DNA of 64,000 nucleotides from an uncultured bacterium (GTDB lineage Bacteria; Verrucomicrobiota; Verrucomicrobiia; Limisphaerales; UBA8199): NCBI GenBank assembly GCA_963749495.1, contig CAVVMW010000023.1, positions 216,006 to 280,005 of the forward strand, read 5' to 3'. Shown piece by piece: positions 37,001 to 45,050 of this stretch (position 1 is its first letter; each line of letters starts with the position of its first letter). The notes under the pieces were generated by a model. It saw only the letters and a program-made list of their open reading frames with translations, ran no database searches and was not told where the DNA came from. The position numbers and the translations under genes were made by a program.

Positions 37001-37277
37001 CCAGCCCGTGCAGAACACGTTCTTTGTGGAGGGTTTGCCGGCCGGTTCCGTGGCGGGCGCTCCTCCACGCTTGAATTGGTCGAGGGTGGGCAAAACCATC
37101 ACCCTTTCCTGGCCGTCATCCGCGACTGGTTACATAATTGAACGCACCGGCAATTTAGCCGGCGCTGCCACCTGGAATTCCGTGACCAATTCCCTCACCG
37201 TGGTTGGAGATCAAAACACGGTTACTCTGGACATTGCCGGCCAAACCCTCTTCTTCCGCCTGAAAAAGGCAGAGTAA
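33984..37277 (+). CDS. Giant protein, segment 5 of 5 (RHS core end + 904-aa C-terminal region)
   Basis: Removing the A at 34013 restores ...TYAYDNENRLV. Last YD repeats are YEYDAFGNR and YHFDALGNT. The RHS core terminus is RARSFDPAAGRFTQRDPIGLAGGINLYRCTGNDPVNSSDPSGL (PxxxxDPxGL at 34533-34562). Downstream come an Ala-rich helical stretch, a beta-sandwich module (TSHDPNDITGPAGYG...YYLIQFANK), Kelch-like repeats (35.93-37.0 kb) and an Fn3-like end (LSWPSSATGYIIERT). Confidence 0.85.
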   Translation: MVARPGLMRTDNENRLVQAVTPDGTWSYEYDAFGNRVATVQNGQRTEYLIDPFGLGNVVGEFNGSGGLVAHYAHGGGLVSRADGRGESAFYHFDALGNTSEMTDPSGNVLNQYSYLPFGEPLSVAEAVENPFRHVGELGVMHEGHGMEFVRARSFDPAAGRFTQRDPIGLAGGINLYRCTGNDPVNSSDPSGLMVNLWSSYETLSGLIFESGRAVDYLEALRPFLNQGAREQVYATYLRQGLRPALQLALRFNNAGAIEYAAKVLGMNSSLEAEAARQTALAAEQAAAAAAAGEASGARWAAARTIGGKILGGALTVYTLYQGAQAWCQVLSVSGMNDLDYLTDGWLLGVTPVAQAGTRVVTSHDPNDITGPAGYGQQSYVSVDFTMYYLIQFANKTNASAPAQMVVVTNQLPAALDYGTFELGNMGFGTNVVTVPPGRTFYSSRVDARGALGLYVDVQGQFDATSGLAVWTFTSINPVTGGEPEDPLAGFLPPDTNPPAGEGWVRYSVKPLADTADGSQVSAQASVYFDTNPRINTPTITNGLDSLTPSSHVIPLPPTSPPAFTVSWTGQDGQGSGIAGYDIFVATNQAPYGLWLQGTTNSSAAFTGSVGSTYAFYSIATDGVGHRELPPAVAEALTLVAATAPTNAPSLLDGPLMNVARMGHCIGEMPDGSAVVFGGHGQGFVALNSIEIWRPAANSFTLLPTPFTFDSGALVRLADGRYLMAGGAANLGVAPGYNTAQLFDPVAGTVASTGTSMVRPRMSCRGALLTSGKVLIAGGWYDTGSATYGELFDPATGLFAATGALRTPRAQPVVLPTTDGKAVIAGGMGVYGSPSFIEQVELYDPVQNSFSVLTNALFPGETGWALSPEGERTIRDQQTADGRYVLQASRVTNNVTEVVLAIFDPTARKFTKLAASPAFTEPVSAWLPVVSAAENAVYFLSGYNTNSSANLIFRVQRVDLATGQRVASDELSVTNYYPGSSATVLLKDGRLFVTGGTTAIDSQFNFQPVQNTFFVEGLPAGSVAGAPPRLNWSRVGKTITLSWPSSATGYIIERTGNLAGAATWNSVTNSLTVVGDQNTVTLDIAGQTLFFRLKKAE

Positions 37278-37404
37278 TAACCTGTCAATCCGCGCCGCAT
37301 AACCCTGCAGGTGAATGAATTGGCGGTTGACGTTGCGGGGTCCTTTGCGGGACACTTGGCGCAATAGAAACCAGGTTTGTGCCGACCCACCTGGTCCAGA
37401 TCGC

Positions 37405-40218
37405 ATGGGGAAATGTCGAATGCTTATTGGCTTGCTCGCCGCGCTGAGCCTGGCCGCCTTGGCTGCCGAGGACAGGGCCGTCCTCGAAAACGCCTTCGTA
37501 AAGTACACGGTCTCGTCTGACGGAAAGAACATGGGATTTGTCAACCGTGTGACCGGTGTTGACTATTTGCGCCGGGAGCCTGTCTCGGCCTGCGCCCTGG
37601 TCCGCCGGGACGGGAAGGAATATCCCGCAACCTCGGCCGCCCTCGCCAATGGCCGCCTGGCGCTGCGCTTCGGCAATGCCGGAGTCGAGGCCGTGGTCAA
37701 GGTCGAACCACGGGCGTCCTGGATTCGGCTGACTGTGGAATCGGTGAAGGGCGCCGAGATCGAGTCCCTGGTGTTTCTCAATGTTCCGCTCATGCTCAAC
37801 GGCAAGCCGGAGGAATCCTTCGGGGCATGCGCGCTTTCACTGAACCTCATCACGCGGGTGGACCAGTTGCCCGCGCTCCAGAGCGAACTCCGGGCGGCCG
37901 CTCACCGGAAGTTCGGCATCGTGGGAGCGAAGGTGGCCCTGGTTGGCATGGCGCCAGGCCGAATGCTGGCGACGCTCAAGGAGGTGCTCCTGGAGGCTGA
38001 CGAAATGCCGCTTTGCAAGGTGGCCGGGCCGTGGGCCCGGGAGGTCCCTTTCAACCACGGCTCCTACCTGTTCAACTTCGGGTCCTTGACGGAGGCAACC
38101 GTTGACGACTGGATCGAAATGGCCAGAAGCCTTGGCTTCACCCAGATCGACAACCACGGCGGCAGCGCCGGCTTCTTCCGCTTCGGGGATTTCGAGCTCA
38201 ACCGTGACAAGTGGCCCGAGGGCTGGGAGAGCTACAAGCGTATCGTCGCCCGCCTTCACACTGCGGGCATCGGTTCGATCTTCCACACTTACGCCTTCTT
38301 CATCAACAAGCACTCGAAGTATGTGGGCCCCATCCCTGACAAGCGCTTGGATGCCTTCCGCACCTTCACGCTGGCTGCGGACGTGGACGCCGATGCGGAC
38401 ACGATCCCCGTGAACGAGCCCACCGCCGGGATGAGCACCTTGACCGGGTTCTTCGAACACAACAGCGTAGTGTTGCACCTGGGCAATGAGTTGGCCACCT
38501 TCGGCGCCGTCAGCAAGGAGCCGCCCTGGCGCTTTACCGGCGTCAAGCGGGGCGTGTTTGGGACGAAAGCCGCGCCCCATGAGAAGGGCACGGCGGCGCG
38601 CCACTTGAAGGAGTGTTTTGGCCTGTTTGTGCCCGACCCGGAGTCCTCGCTGTTCACCGAGATCGCGGCAAACCATGCCGAGGTGGTGAACCACTGTGAT
38701 TTCGACGGCATCTATTTGGACGCCATAGATGGCAGCTCCATCCTGCGCGGCGGTGACGAGTGCTGGTATTGGGCGGACAAATTCGTCATGGAGATACAGA
38801 AGCGCCTGAAGAAACCCGTGGGCATGGAGATGAGCGCGATGTGGCACCACTTCTGGCAGTACCGGACGCGCTGGCAGGCCTGGGACTATCCCCAGCGCGG
38901 TCATAAGCGATTCGTCAACCTGCACGCCGTGGCCGTCAACGGGGGCCTGCTTCTGCCCCTGCACCTCGGCTGGTGGAACTTCCAGTCCTTCAACCCGCCG
39001 CAGATCGAGCCGGCCTACCCCGACGTCATCGAGTGCCTCGGGGCCAGGCTCGTCGGCTGGGATGCCGGCATCTCCCTGACCGGAGGCGTGGACCGCGAGC
39101 AACTCCGCAACGTTCCCCTCTTTCGGCGGGCAGTGGACACGCTCCGGGCCTGCGAGGAAATCCGCCATGCCGGAACCTTGGACGAGGCCGCCAAGGCGAA
39201 GCTCAGAGAACCGGGCGGCGAATTCTCGCTCTTCACCGATGCCGACGGGAAGCGCCGCTTCCGCCGCTCGCATTCCGAGGCGCACACCGCTGCCATTGCC
39301 GAGCCGTGGACGCTCTCGTGGTCCGTAACGAATCCTTTCGCCGAGCAGCCCATGACAGTGCGCATCGAGGCGCTCATGTCCGCCGGCTCCAACGATGAGC
39401 CTGGAGCCGTTGTCCTCGGCGGCCTCGCGGGCGAGGACGCCGCCGCCTGGAAGGCAAGCGCGGCCCAGGGCGTCGTGGTCTCGCTCGCCGCTGCAGCTTC
39501 CGGCAGCAGTTCCCCTGGCGCGTTCATCACGGCCACAAACAGCGGCAAGATCGATCGCCGGGCAGCCTGGGCCTGCTGCCGGAAACAGTTCAAGCCGGCC
39601 TTGAACTTGAAGCAATGCCAGGCGCTCGGCCTGTGGATTCAAGGGGACGGCTTGGGTGAAATCATCGCCGTTCGCCTCGAAAGCCCGCAGCACCTGGCCT
39701 TCGGCGCCGTGGCCGATCGCTACATCACCGTGGATTTCACCGGCAAACGGTGGGTCACTCTGGTGGAAACCGAATCCGCCCGCTGGAGCGACTTTACTTG
39801 GGACGACGGCAAGGGGCTCTACAACGTCTATCGTGAGACCGTCGATTTCGGCACCATCGAGTCAGTGGCCATCTGGTGCCAGAACCTCCCGCCGGGGAAG
39901 GAGGTCAGGTGCGGCATCGGCCCAATCAAAGCGCTGCCGATGCTGCCAGGCACGCTCAAGGACCCAGCCATCACTATAGACGGGATGACCACGGTGTTTC
40001 CTGGCGAACTCACCTCGGGCAGTTGGCTTGAGTGCAACGGCCCTGAGGACTGCACCCTCTACGGCTCCAAGGGAGAGGTCCTCGGCAAGGTCTCCCCCTC
40101 AGGCAGGCTGCCGCCCCTTCGCGCGGGACAGAACCAGGCGCAATTCTCTTGCGCGTCCAGGAACGGGCCGTCCCCGCGTGTAAAAGTGACGCTGTTCACC
40201 CGTGGAGAGGCGCTCTAA
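37405..40218 (+). CDS. Hypothetical secreted protein (approx 937 aa), possibly glycoside-hydrolase-like barrel
   Basis: ATG at 37405 gives the signal peptide MGKCRMLIGLLAALSLAALAAED. The long ORF has coding-like composition. The segment GFTQIDNHGG...WPEGWESYKRIVARLHTAGIGSIFHTYAFF...DFDGIYLDAIDG suggests a TIM-barrel hydrolase, but I cannot place the family. Confidence 0.7.
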   Translation: MGKCRMLIGLLAALSLAALAAEDRAVLENAFVKYTVSSDGKNMGFVNRVTGVDYLRREPVSACALVRRDGKEYPATSAALANGRLALRFGNAGVEAVVKVEPRASWIRLTVESVKGAEIESLVFLNVPLMLNGKPEESFGACALSLNLITRVDQLPALQSELRAAAHRKFGIVGAKVALVGMAPGRMLATLKEVLLEADEMPLCKVAGPWAREVPFNHGSYLFNFGSLTEATVDDWIEMARSLGFTQIDNHGGSAGFFRFGDFELNRDKWPEGWESYKRIVARLHTAGIGSIFHTYAFFINKHSKYVGPIPDKRLDAFRTFTLAADVDADADTIPVNEPTAGMSTLTGFFEHNSVVLHLGNELATFGAVSKEPPWRFTGVKRGVFGTKAAPHEKGTAARHLKECFGLFVPDPESSLFTEIAANHAEVVNHCDFDGIYLDAIDGSSILRGGDECWYWADKFVMEIQKRLKKPVGMEMSAMWHHFWQYRTRWQAWDYPQRGHKRFVNLHAVAVNGGLLLPLHLGWWNFQSFNPPQIEPAYPDVIECLGARLVGWDAGISLTGGVDREQLRNVPLFRRAVDTLRACEEIRHAGTLDEAAKAKLREPGGEFSLFTDADGKRRFRRSHSEAHTAAIAEPWTLSWSVTNPFAEQPMTVRIEALMSAGSNDEPGAVVLGGLAGEDAAAWKASAAQGVVVSLAAAASGSSSPGAFITATNSGKIDRRAAWACCRKQFKPALNLKQCQALGLWIQGDGLGEIIAVRLESPQHLAFGAVADRYITVDFTGKRWVTLVETESARWSDFTWDDGKGLYNVYRETVDFGTIESVAIWCQNLPPGKEVRCGIGPIKALPMLPGTLKDPAITIDGMTTVFPGELTSGSWLECNGPEDCTLYGSKGEVLGKVSPSGRLPPLRAGQNQAQFSCASRNGPSPRVKVTLFTRGEAL

Positions 40219-40444
40219 CCACAGCCGAGACACGGTGGGGGGGCACCCATAGCTTGGTTGGTTTTCACGACGTGACGAACTATGCTAATGGCCGACCTCT
40301 TCTTCGTGCGAACAACGCCGGGGCAGCACCTGGGTGAGAAACCCCCTAATGTGCAGCAATGCTGCCGCGTTAGGTGGGAATTGGCCCCACAAGGCAGTCC
40401 AACTAACCTTGCTTAGCACTTATGAACCAACAAAGTAACGATTC

Positions 40445-43264
40445 TCATTGTTGGGCAGCAAGGCCCGATGCTCGAACGAACCGACCCGCTGATTGGAGTT
40501 CCTCGTGCAGCCCCGGTTCGACGCGCCGGAGTATGTCCAAGACCACCTCCCGCACTTCCGGGAAGAGCCGCTCCAGGATGCCCACATCCCTCGTCTCGAG
40601 TAACTCCTTTGCTCTCAGGAACGGCTCCAGCAACTTCAAAACCGCGTCCGTCTGCACTCCCCTTGCTACTGAGCGGGCAAGCCCAGGAAATGCTCGCGGG
40701 CTGGTCTCCAACACCTGCCGGAGGAAATTGCCGACCTTGTTTCCAAGCCACTCGGAACTTCCCCAAGACTCCATTTGGAAGGTGCAGTTGAACAAACCCT
40801 CACAGATTTGGCTCTCGCCGCGGCGGAGGCAGGTTAACGCCACGGCGTGAAGAAAACCGCAGGTTTGGGACGCCGCATCAGCCGGAATTTGAATTTCCCC
40901 GAGTGCCGAAGGCAGGGCTTCCAACAACGGTCCAAGTCGCCCCAGGCATCCGAGCGTGATCTGGCGCTTTGTCTTCAAACTCCAGTCGCCAGGCTCGATT
41001 TTCAACCCGGCGTCGAAATCCGCCAACGCTTCGCTGTGCCGTCCGGCCAGGAGGAGCAGGTCCCCATGCGTGCCGTGGTAAGCCACCGGGCCGGCGCCTC
41101 CTTGTCTGGCATTCTCGGTGGACGCGAGGGCCTCATCGCTCCGCTCCAGCGCGGCAAGGATCCATGCCTTTGCGAGCCAGAAATCCGGATTGTCAGGCTC
41201 GGCAGCCAGCGCCTTTTCGACGGCCAAGAGGCTGTCTTCGAACCGCCCTAACTTTTCGAGAACCCCGGCCTCCAAGGCGAGGAGGTCGGGTCCTTCTTCC
41301 CCGGCCTTCCGTGCCTTGCGATACGCGTCCAAGGCAGTGTTAAATCGCCCCAGGCTCTCGGCGGCCATGCCAAGGTTTTGCCATGCCAGAGCGTCGTTTT
41401 CGTCAAGCACCAAGGCACGCTCCGCGCACTCAAGCGCCTCCTGGTCTCGGCCGAGGGCAAGGCAAACCTGGCACTGGCGGACCAGCAACTCAACGGACGG
41501 CTTGCCGGTCGCCACCGCTTTGCGGAGGGCCTCCAGCGCGCGGTTGAGGTTTCCAAGGATGCTTGCCGCGACACCGAGCCATTCCCAAGCCGAGGCACTG
41601 CCTGGGTCGAGCGCCACGGCCTGCTCAGCGAGCTTCAGAGCCTCCTGGGTCCGACCTAACTCCCCGAAAGCCACCGCCTGCCCAACACACAGTTCAGCCG
41701 TCGCTCCGCCGAGTTCCGAGGCTTTCCCCAAAGCCTGCAGCGCACGTTCAAAGTTGCGGCACGCACCGGCTACCATGCCAAGCCGTTCCCAAGCCAAATG
41801 GCTCTTGTCGTCAAGTGCAACGGCACGCTCCGCGCATTCGAGCGCCTCCGCTGTTCGACCCAAATGCTGAAGGACGAGGGATTGGTACCTCCACAGGTCA
41901 GCGCTTGGCCCGCTGATTCGTGTTGCATTCCTGAATGCTTCCAGGGCGTCCTCGTCCTTGCCCGCCCTCCCCAGTGCGATGCCCAGTTGCTCCCACGGCA
42001 AAGGGCTTGTGGGGTTTAGTGCCATGGCCTCATGAGCGCATTTGAGCGCCTCCTCCGTTCTCCCGAGGTTAAGCAGAACACCGGTCTGCTCGTTCCAGAG
42101 GTCGGCGGTCGGTTTGCCCAGTTCTACCGCCTTCCGGAGGGCGTCGAGAGCGCGCTCGTGCTGCCGGAGATCGTTGGCTACGGCGCCGAGCTCCTCCCAA
42201 GCGGCAGCGCAATTTGGTTCCAGTCTCGTGGCCTCCTCCGCGCACGTGAGCGCCTCTGCTGATTGGCCAAGCGCTCTGAGGGCCACGGACTGGTTTGTGA
42301 GGAGGTTCGCGGTTGGCTCCCCTAACTCCACAGCTTTGCGAAATGCTTTCAGGGCTGTAGTGTTGTCCCCAAGCCAGCCCGAGGCGACCCCGAACTCCTG
42401 CCAGGCGGACGCACTGTTCGCGTCCGTTGCCACCCCGGCCTCGGCGCACTTAAGGGCCTCCTCGGTCCGACCAAGATTCCGAAGTTCGATAGACTGGTAC
42501 CTCCACAGGTCCGCAGTTGGCCCGGTCGCTTGCGCAGCCTTCCTGAAGGCATCCAGGGCACTAGTGTGGTTACCAACTCCGTCGAGAGCAATCCCAAGTT
42601 CTTGCCAAGGCAGGGGGCTGTTGGGATCCAGTTCTGTTGCCCGGTCGGCGCAGAGGCGCGACTCCTCTGCCCTGCCGAGGTTCAGGAGTACGATCGCCTG
42701 TGCGGTCCAGAGCTCGGGGCTCGGTTTGCCCAATTCCGCCGCTTTGCGCAGCGCGGCGAGCGCGCGCTCGTGTTGGCCAAGACCATTGGCAGCGGCACCG
42801 ACCTCTGCCCAGGCCCTCGCACTGCCCACATCCAGCACTGCTGCTCGCTCGGCGCACTCCAGCGCCTCTTCCTTCCGGCCAAGCGCACGGAGAGCGACGC
42901 ACTGAGAGGCCAGCAGGTCGGCGCTTGCGTCGCTCACCTCAACGGCCTTGCGGAACGCTTCCAGAGGCTCGTGCATGGTTGCCAACGCCACCGGAAACAA
43001 CCCCAAGTGCCTCCCAGGCCCGCGCGCTCTCGATGTCCAGAGCCACCGCTCGCTCGGCGCACCCAAGCGCCTCTTCTCTCCGACCCAGCTCTTGAAGCGC
43101 CATGCACTGACCGGCCAGGAGGTCGGCCGTCGGCCCGCCAACCTCAACGGCCTTGCGCAAAGCCTCGAGGGCCCGCTCGAATTTTCCCACCTTTGCGGCG
43201 ACGACCCCAAGCCACTCCCAGCCGGAGGCATCCGTTGAGTCCAGTGCCGCGGCATCTTCCGCAC
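40445..43264 (-). CDS. P-loop NTPase-TPR (STAND-like) protein, C-terminal segment: TPR array + unique C-terminal domain
   Basis: From approx 42977 downward there are roughly two dozen 34-aa TPR-like repeats (by eye) with the consensus AW..LG.A...LG....AL.AFRKA.ELG.P.A.L. The array ends in an approx 190-aa non-repeat tail. The first approx 95 listed residues are off-frame read-through of the upstream segment. Confidence 0.85.
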   Translation of the reverse strand: MRKMPRHWTQRMPPAGSGLGSSPQRWENSSGPSRLCARPLRLAGRRPTSWPVSAWRFKSWVGEKRRLGAPSERWLWTSRARGPGRHLGLFPVALATMHEPLEAFRKAVEVSDASADLLASQCVALRALGRKEEALECAERAAVLDVGSARAWAEVGAAANGLGQHERALAALRKAAELGKPSPELWTAQAIVLLNLGRAEESRLCADRATELDPNSPLPWQELGIALDGVGNHTSALDAFRKAAQATGPTADLWRYQSIELRNLGRTEEALKCAEAGVATDANSASAWQEFGVASGWLGDNTTALKAFRKAVELGEPTANLLTNQSVALRALGQSAEALTCAEEATRLEPNCAAAWEELGAVANDLRQHERALDALRKAVELGKPTADLWNEQTGVLLNLGRTEEALKCAHEAMALNPTSPLPWEQLGIALGRAGKDEDALEAFRNATRISGPSADLWRYQSLVLQHLGRTAEALECAERAVALDDKSHLAWERLGMVAGACRNFERALQALGKASELGGATAELCVGQAVAFGELGRTQEALKLAEQAVALDPGSASAWEWLGVAASILGNLNRALEALRKAVATGKPSVELLVRQCQVCLALGRDQEALECAERALVLDENDALAWQNLGMAAESLGRFNTALDAYRKARKAGEEGPDLLALEAGVLEKLGRFEDSLLAVEKALAAEPDNPDFWLAKAWILAALERSDEALASTENARQGGAGPVAYHGTHGDLLLLAGRHSEALADFDAGLKIEPGDWSLKTKRQITLGCLGRLGPLLEALPSALGEIQIPADAASQTCGFLHAVALTCLRRGESQICEGLFNCTFQMESWGSSEWLGNKVGNFLRQVLETSPRAFPGLARSVARGVQTDAVLKLLEPFLRAKELLETRDVGILERLFPEVREVVLDILRRVEPGLHEELQSAGRFVRASGLAAQQ

Positions 43265-45050
43265 ATTTGAGGGCCTCGTCAGTCCTATTCAGCTTTCCAA
43301 GGACCAACGAGCGAGCTATGAGCAGAGCCGGGGCCGGTGGGCCGAGCTTGGCCATTTCACTGAATGCGTCAAGAGCCCGCTGGTAGTCTCCCAGATTTCC
43401 GGCTGCCATTCCCAGCGCCAGCCAGCCTTCCGCGAAGGCCGGGGCGCCTCGCAGGAGATCTTCGGCCGCCGCGACAGCGTCCTGCTCGGCGCCAACATTG
43501 ATCAGGGTGTGCACGTCGTGTAAAGCAGCGTGGTACCGTCCGGTTTGCACGTGAATTGTCGCTTGGACTTTGGATGCTGCCGCGATTCCTACTTCGTCAC
43601 CTCTCCGAAGCGACTCCGCGGCGAAGTACTGCGCTTCTTCCTCCGCCCAACGCAGTTCGCCGATTTTGAGCAGCCCGTCCATACGATTGGAGAATGCTCC
43701 GTATCGGATGTCATCCCCGCCCGCAGCTTGAAAATAGAAGAGCTCTTCGACATGCTTCACGACCTCTTCGCGCGGCAGGCCCGCAATCCCAAGCAGGCAT
43801 TTTTCGTGGCTCGAATAAAGGGAACGGATTTCTTCTGGCGTGAAGTAAAGCTTGAGAAAATCGGCGAGAAACCGAAACCTCTGTCGTCCGGCGACGGTCG
43901 CCGTTTGGCGCCAGATTCGGAAGAGCCTTTCGGAAATGTCGTACCGGGTGGCCTTCTGGGGCTTGAGTTTGATTGGCCGGACGTACTGGCCGGATTTGAG
44001 CCGTTTCAACTGGGCGTTCACCAGCGCCGGCTCCAACCTGGCAGCATGAGCAATCTCCGTTGGGGTCGCCGGCCCCTCCATTTGCGCAATAGTGTCGAGG
44101 ACCTTGCGCGCCTGGGAGGGTAACTCATCGAAGCGGCGCACAAAATACTCGCGCAATTCTTCCAGGAGGTTGCGCAACGCCGTCTCGATGTCCAGGAAGG
44201 CGGAGTGGGCAGCGATTTCGTAAAGGAAAAGAACCAGGCGGGGATTCCCGCCGGTGAGCAACTCGATGGCGGGAAGTTTCCGCGATAACTCCTGGCGGCG
44301 GCTCTCGAACTCTGCTCGCCGTCCGTCTTCCTCAAAGCAGCGGCCGACCAACTCAAGCACCTGCTCGTGGGTAAGCTCCGGCAAAATGCGGATCTCGAAA
44401 AAGTCGTGGAAGGCCGCGTTTTGACCCAGGATTTCGCGAAAGACGCTGGGAGCGGAGGCCAGAATGACGAGCACGCGGTTGTGCGAGAGGAAGCTGCGCA
44501 ACTTCAGGTGTTCGGCTTGCGGCCACTGCTGAAGAACCTTCTGGAGATTGTTGATGAGAACAAGGACGTACCGCTTCCCGTCGTTGTGGAAGGCCTGCAG
44601 CCGTTCGAAGCAGCAATCAATGACGCTCTGGTCCGGTTCTTGCGGCAGATTGGGCGGGAGTTGCCACGACCGCTCGGCCGGGAGCGCTTCACGGAGCTTG
44701 CCAAAGAGGGCGAGGAGAAAGTTGGCCAATGAGTTTTGGCCCGCGTATTCCTCCTCAGTGAACAGAGCGCACTCCCACTCTCTGGACGGGGCACTCCAGT
44801 CCTGCGGCGGCGGCAGACGCCCGGCAACATAGAGGGCGATCAACGCTAGGATGTGTGTCTTGCCAATGCCTCGCGGCCCAACCAGGAGGGCATGGTTTGC
44901 GGGGCTGCCAGCTTCGATTCGGCGGAAAGATCGCAGGAAGTCCCTTATGAGGTCGTGATGGCCAACGAGGGTTCGCGACAAATGCTCCGCGTCCGCAAGC
45001 CACGGGGAGAAACGGGGGTGAAAGCCCATCGAATTACGGCTTGGAGCCAT
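42939..45050 (-). CDS. P-loop NTPase-TPR (STAND-like) protein, N-terminal segment
   Basis: The ATG at 45050 is preceded by SD GGAGGA at 6-nt spacing. Walker A LLVGPRGIGKTHIL, Walker B-like YVLVLINNLQ, and a winged-helix-like region (ARKVLDTIAQMEGPATPTEIAHAARLEPALVNAQLKRL), followed by TPRs. It joins 40445..43264 when one base near 42977 is removed (...GGVGN|MHEPLEAFRKAVEV...). Confidence 0.8.
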   Translation of the reverse strand: MAPSRNSMGFHPRFSPWLADAEHLSRTLVGHHDLIRDFLRSFRRIEAGSPANHALLVGPRGIGKTHILALIALYVAGRLPPPQDWSAPSREWECALFTEEEYAGQNSLANFLLALFGKLREALPAERSWQLPPNLPQEPDQSVIDCCFERLQAFHNDGKRYVLVLINNLQKVLQQWPQAEHLKLRSFLSHNRVLVILASAPSVFREILGQNAAFHDFFEIRILPELTHEQVLELVGRCFEEDGRRAEFESRRQELSRKLPAIELLTGGNPRLVLFLYEIAAHSAFLDIETALRNLLEELREYFVRRFDELPSQARKVLDTIAQMEGPATPTEIAHAARLEPALVNAQLKRLKSGQYVRPIKLKPQKATRYDISERLFRIWRQTATVAGRQRFRFLADFLKLYFTPEEIRSLYSSHEKCLLGIAGLPREEVVKHVEELFYFQAAGGDDIRYGAFSNRMDGLLKIGELRWAEEEAQYFAAESLRRGDEVGIAAASKVQATIHVQTGRYHAALHDVHTLINVGAEQDAVAAAEDLLRGAPAFAEGWLALGMAAGNLGDYQRALDAFSEMAKLGPPAPALLIARSLVLGKLNRTDEALKCAEDAAALDSTDASGWEWLGVVAAKVGKFERALEALRKAVEVGGPTADLLAGQCMALQELGRREEALGCAERAVALDIESARAWEALGVVSGGVGNHARASGSVPQGR

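Noticed and set aside
37837-39693. 618-aa minus-strand ORF
   Set aside because: It is antisense to the 937-aa secreted protein gene and has shadow-ORF composition with no motifs.
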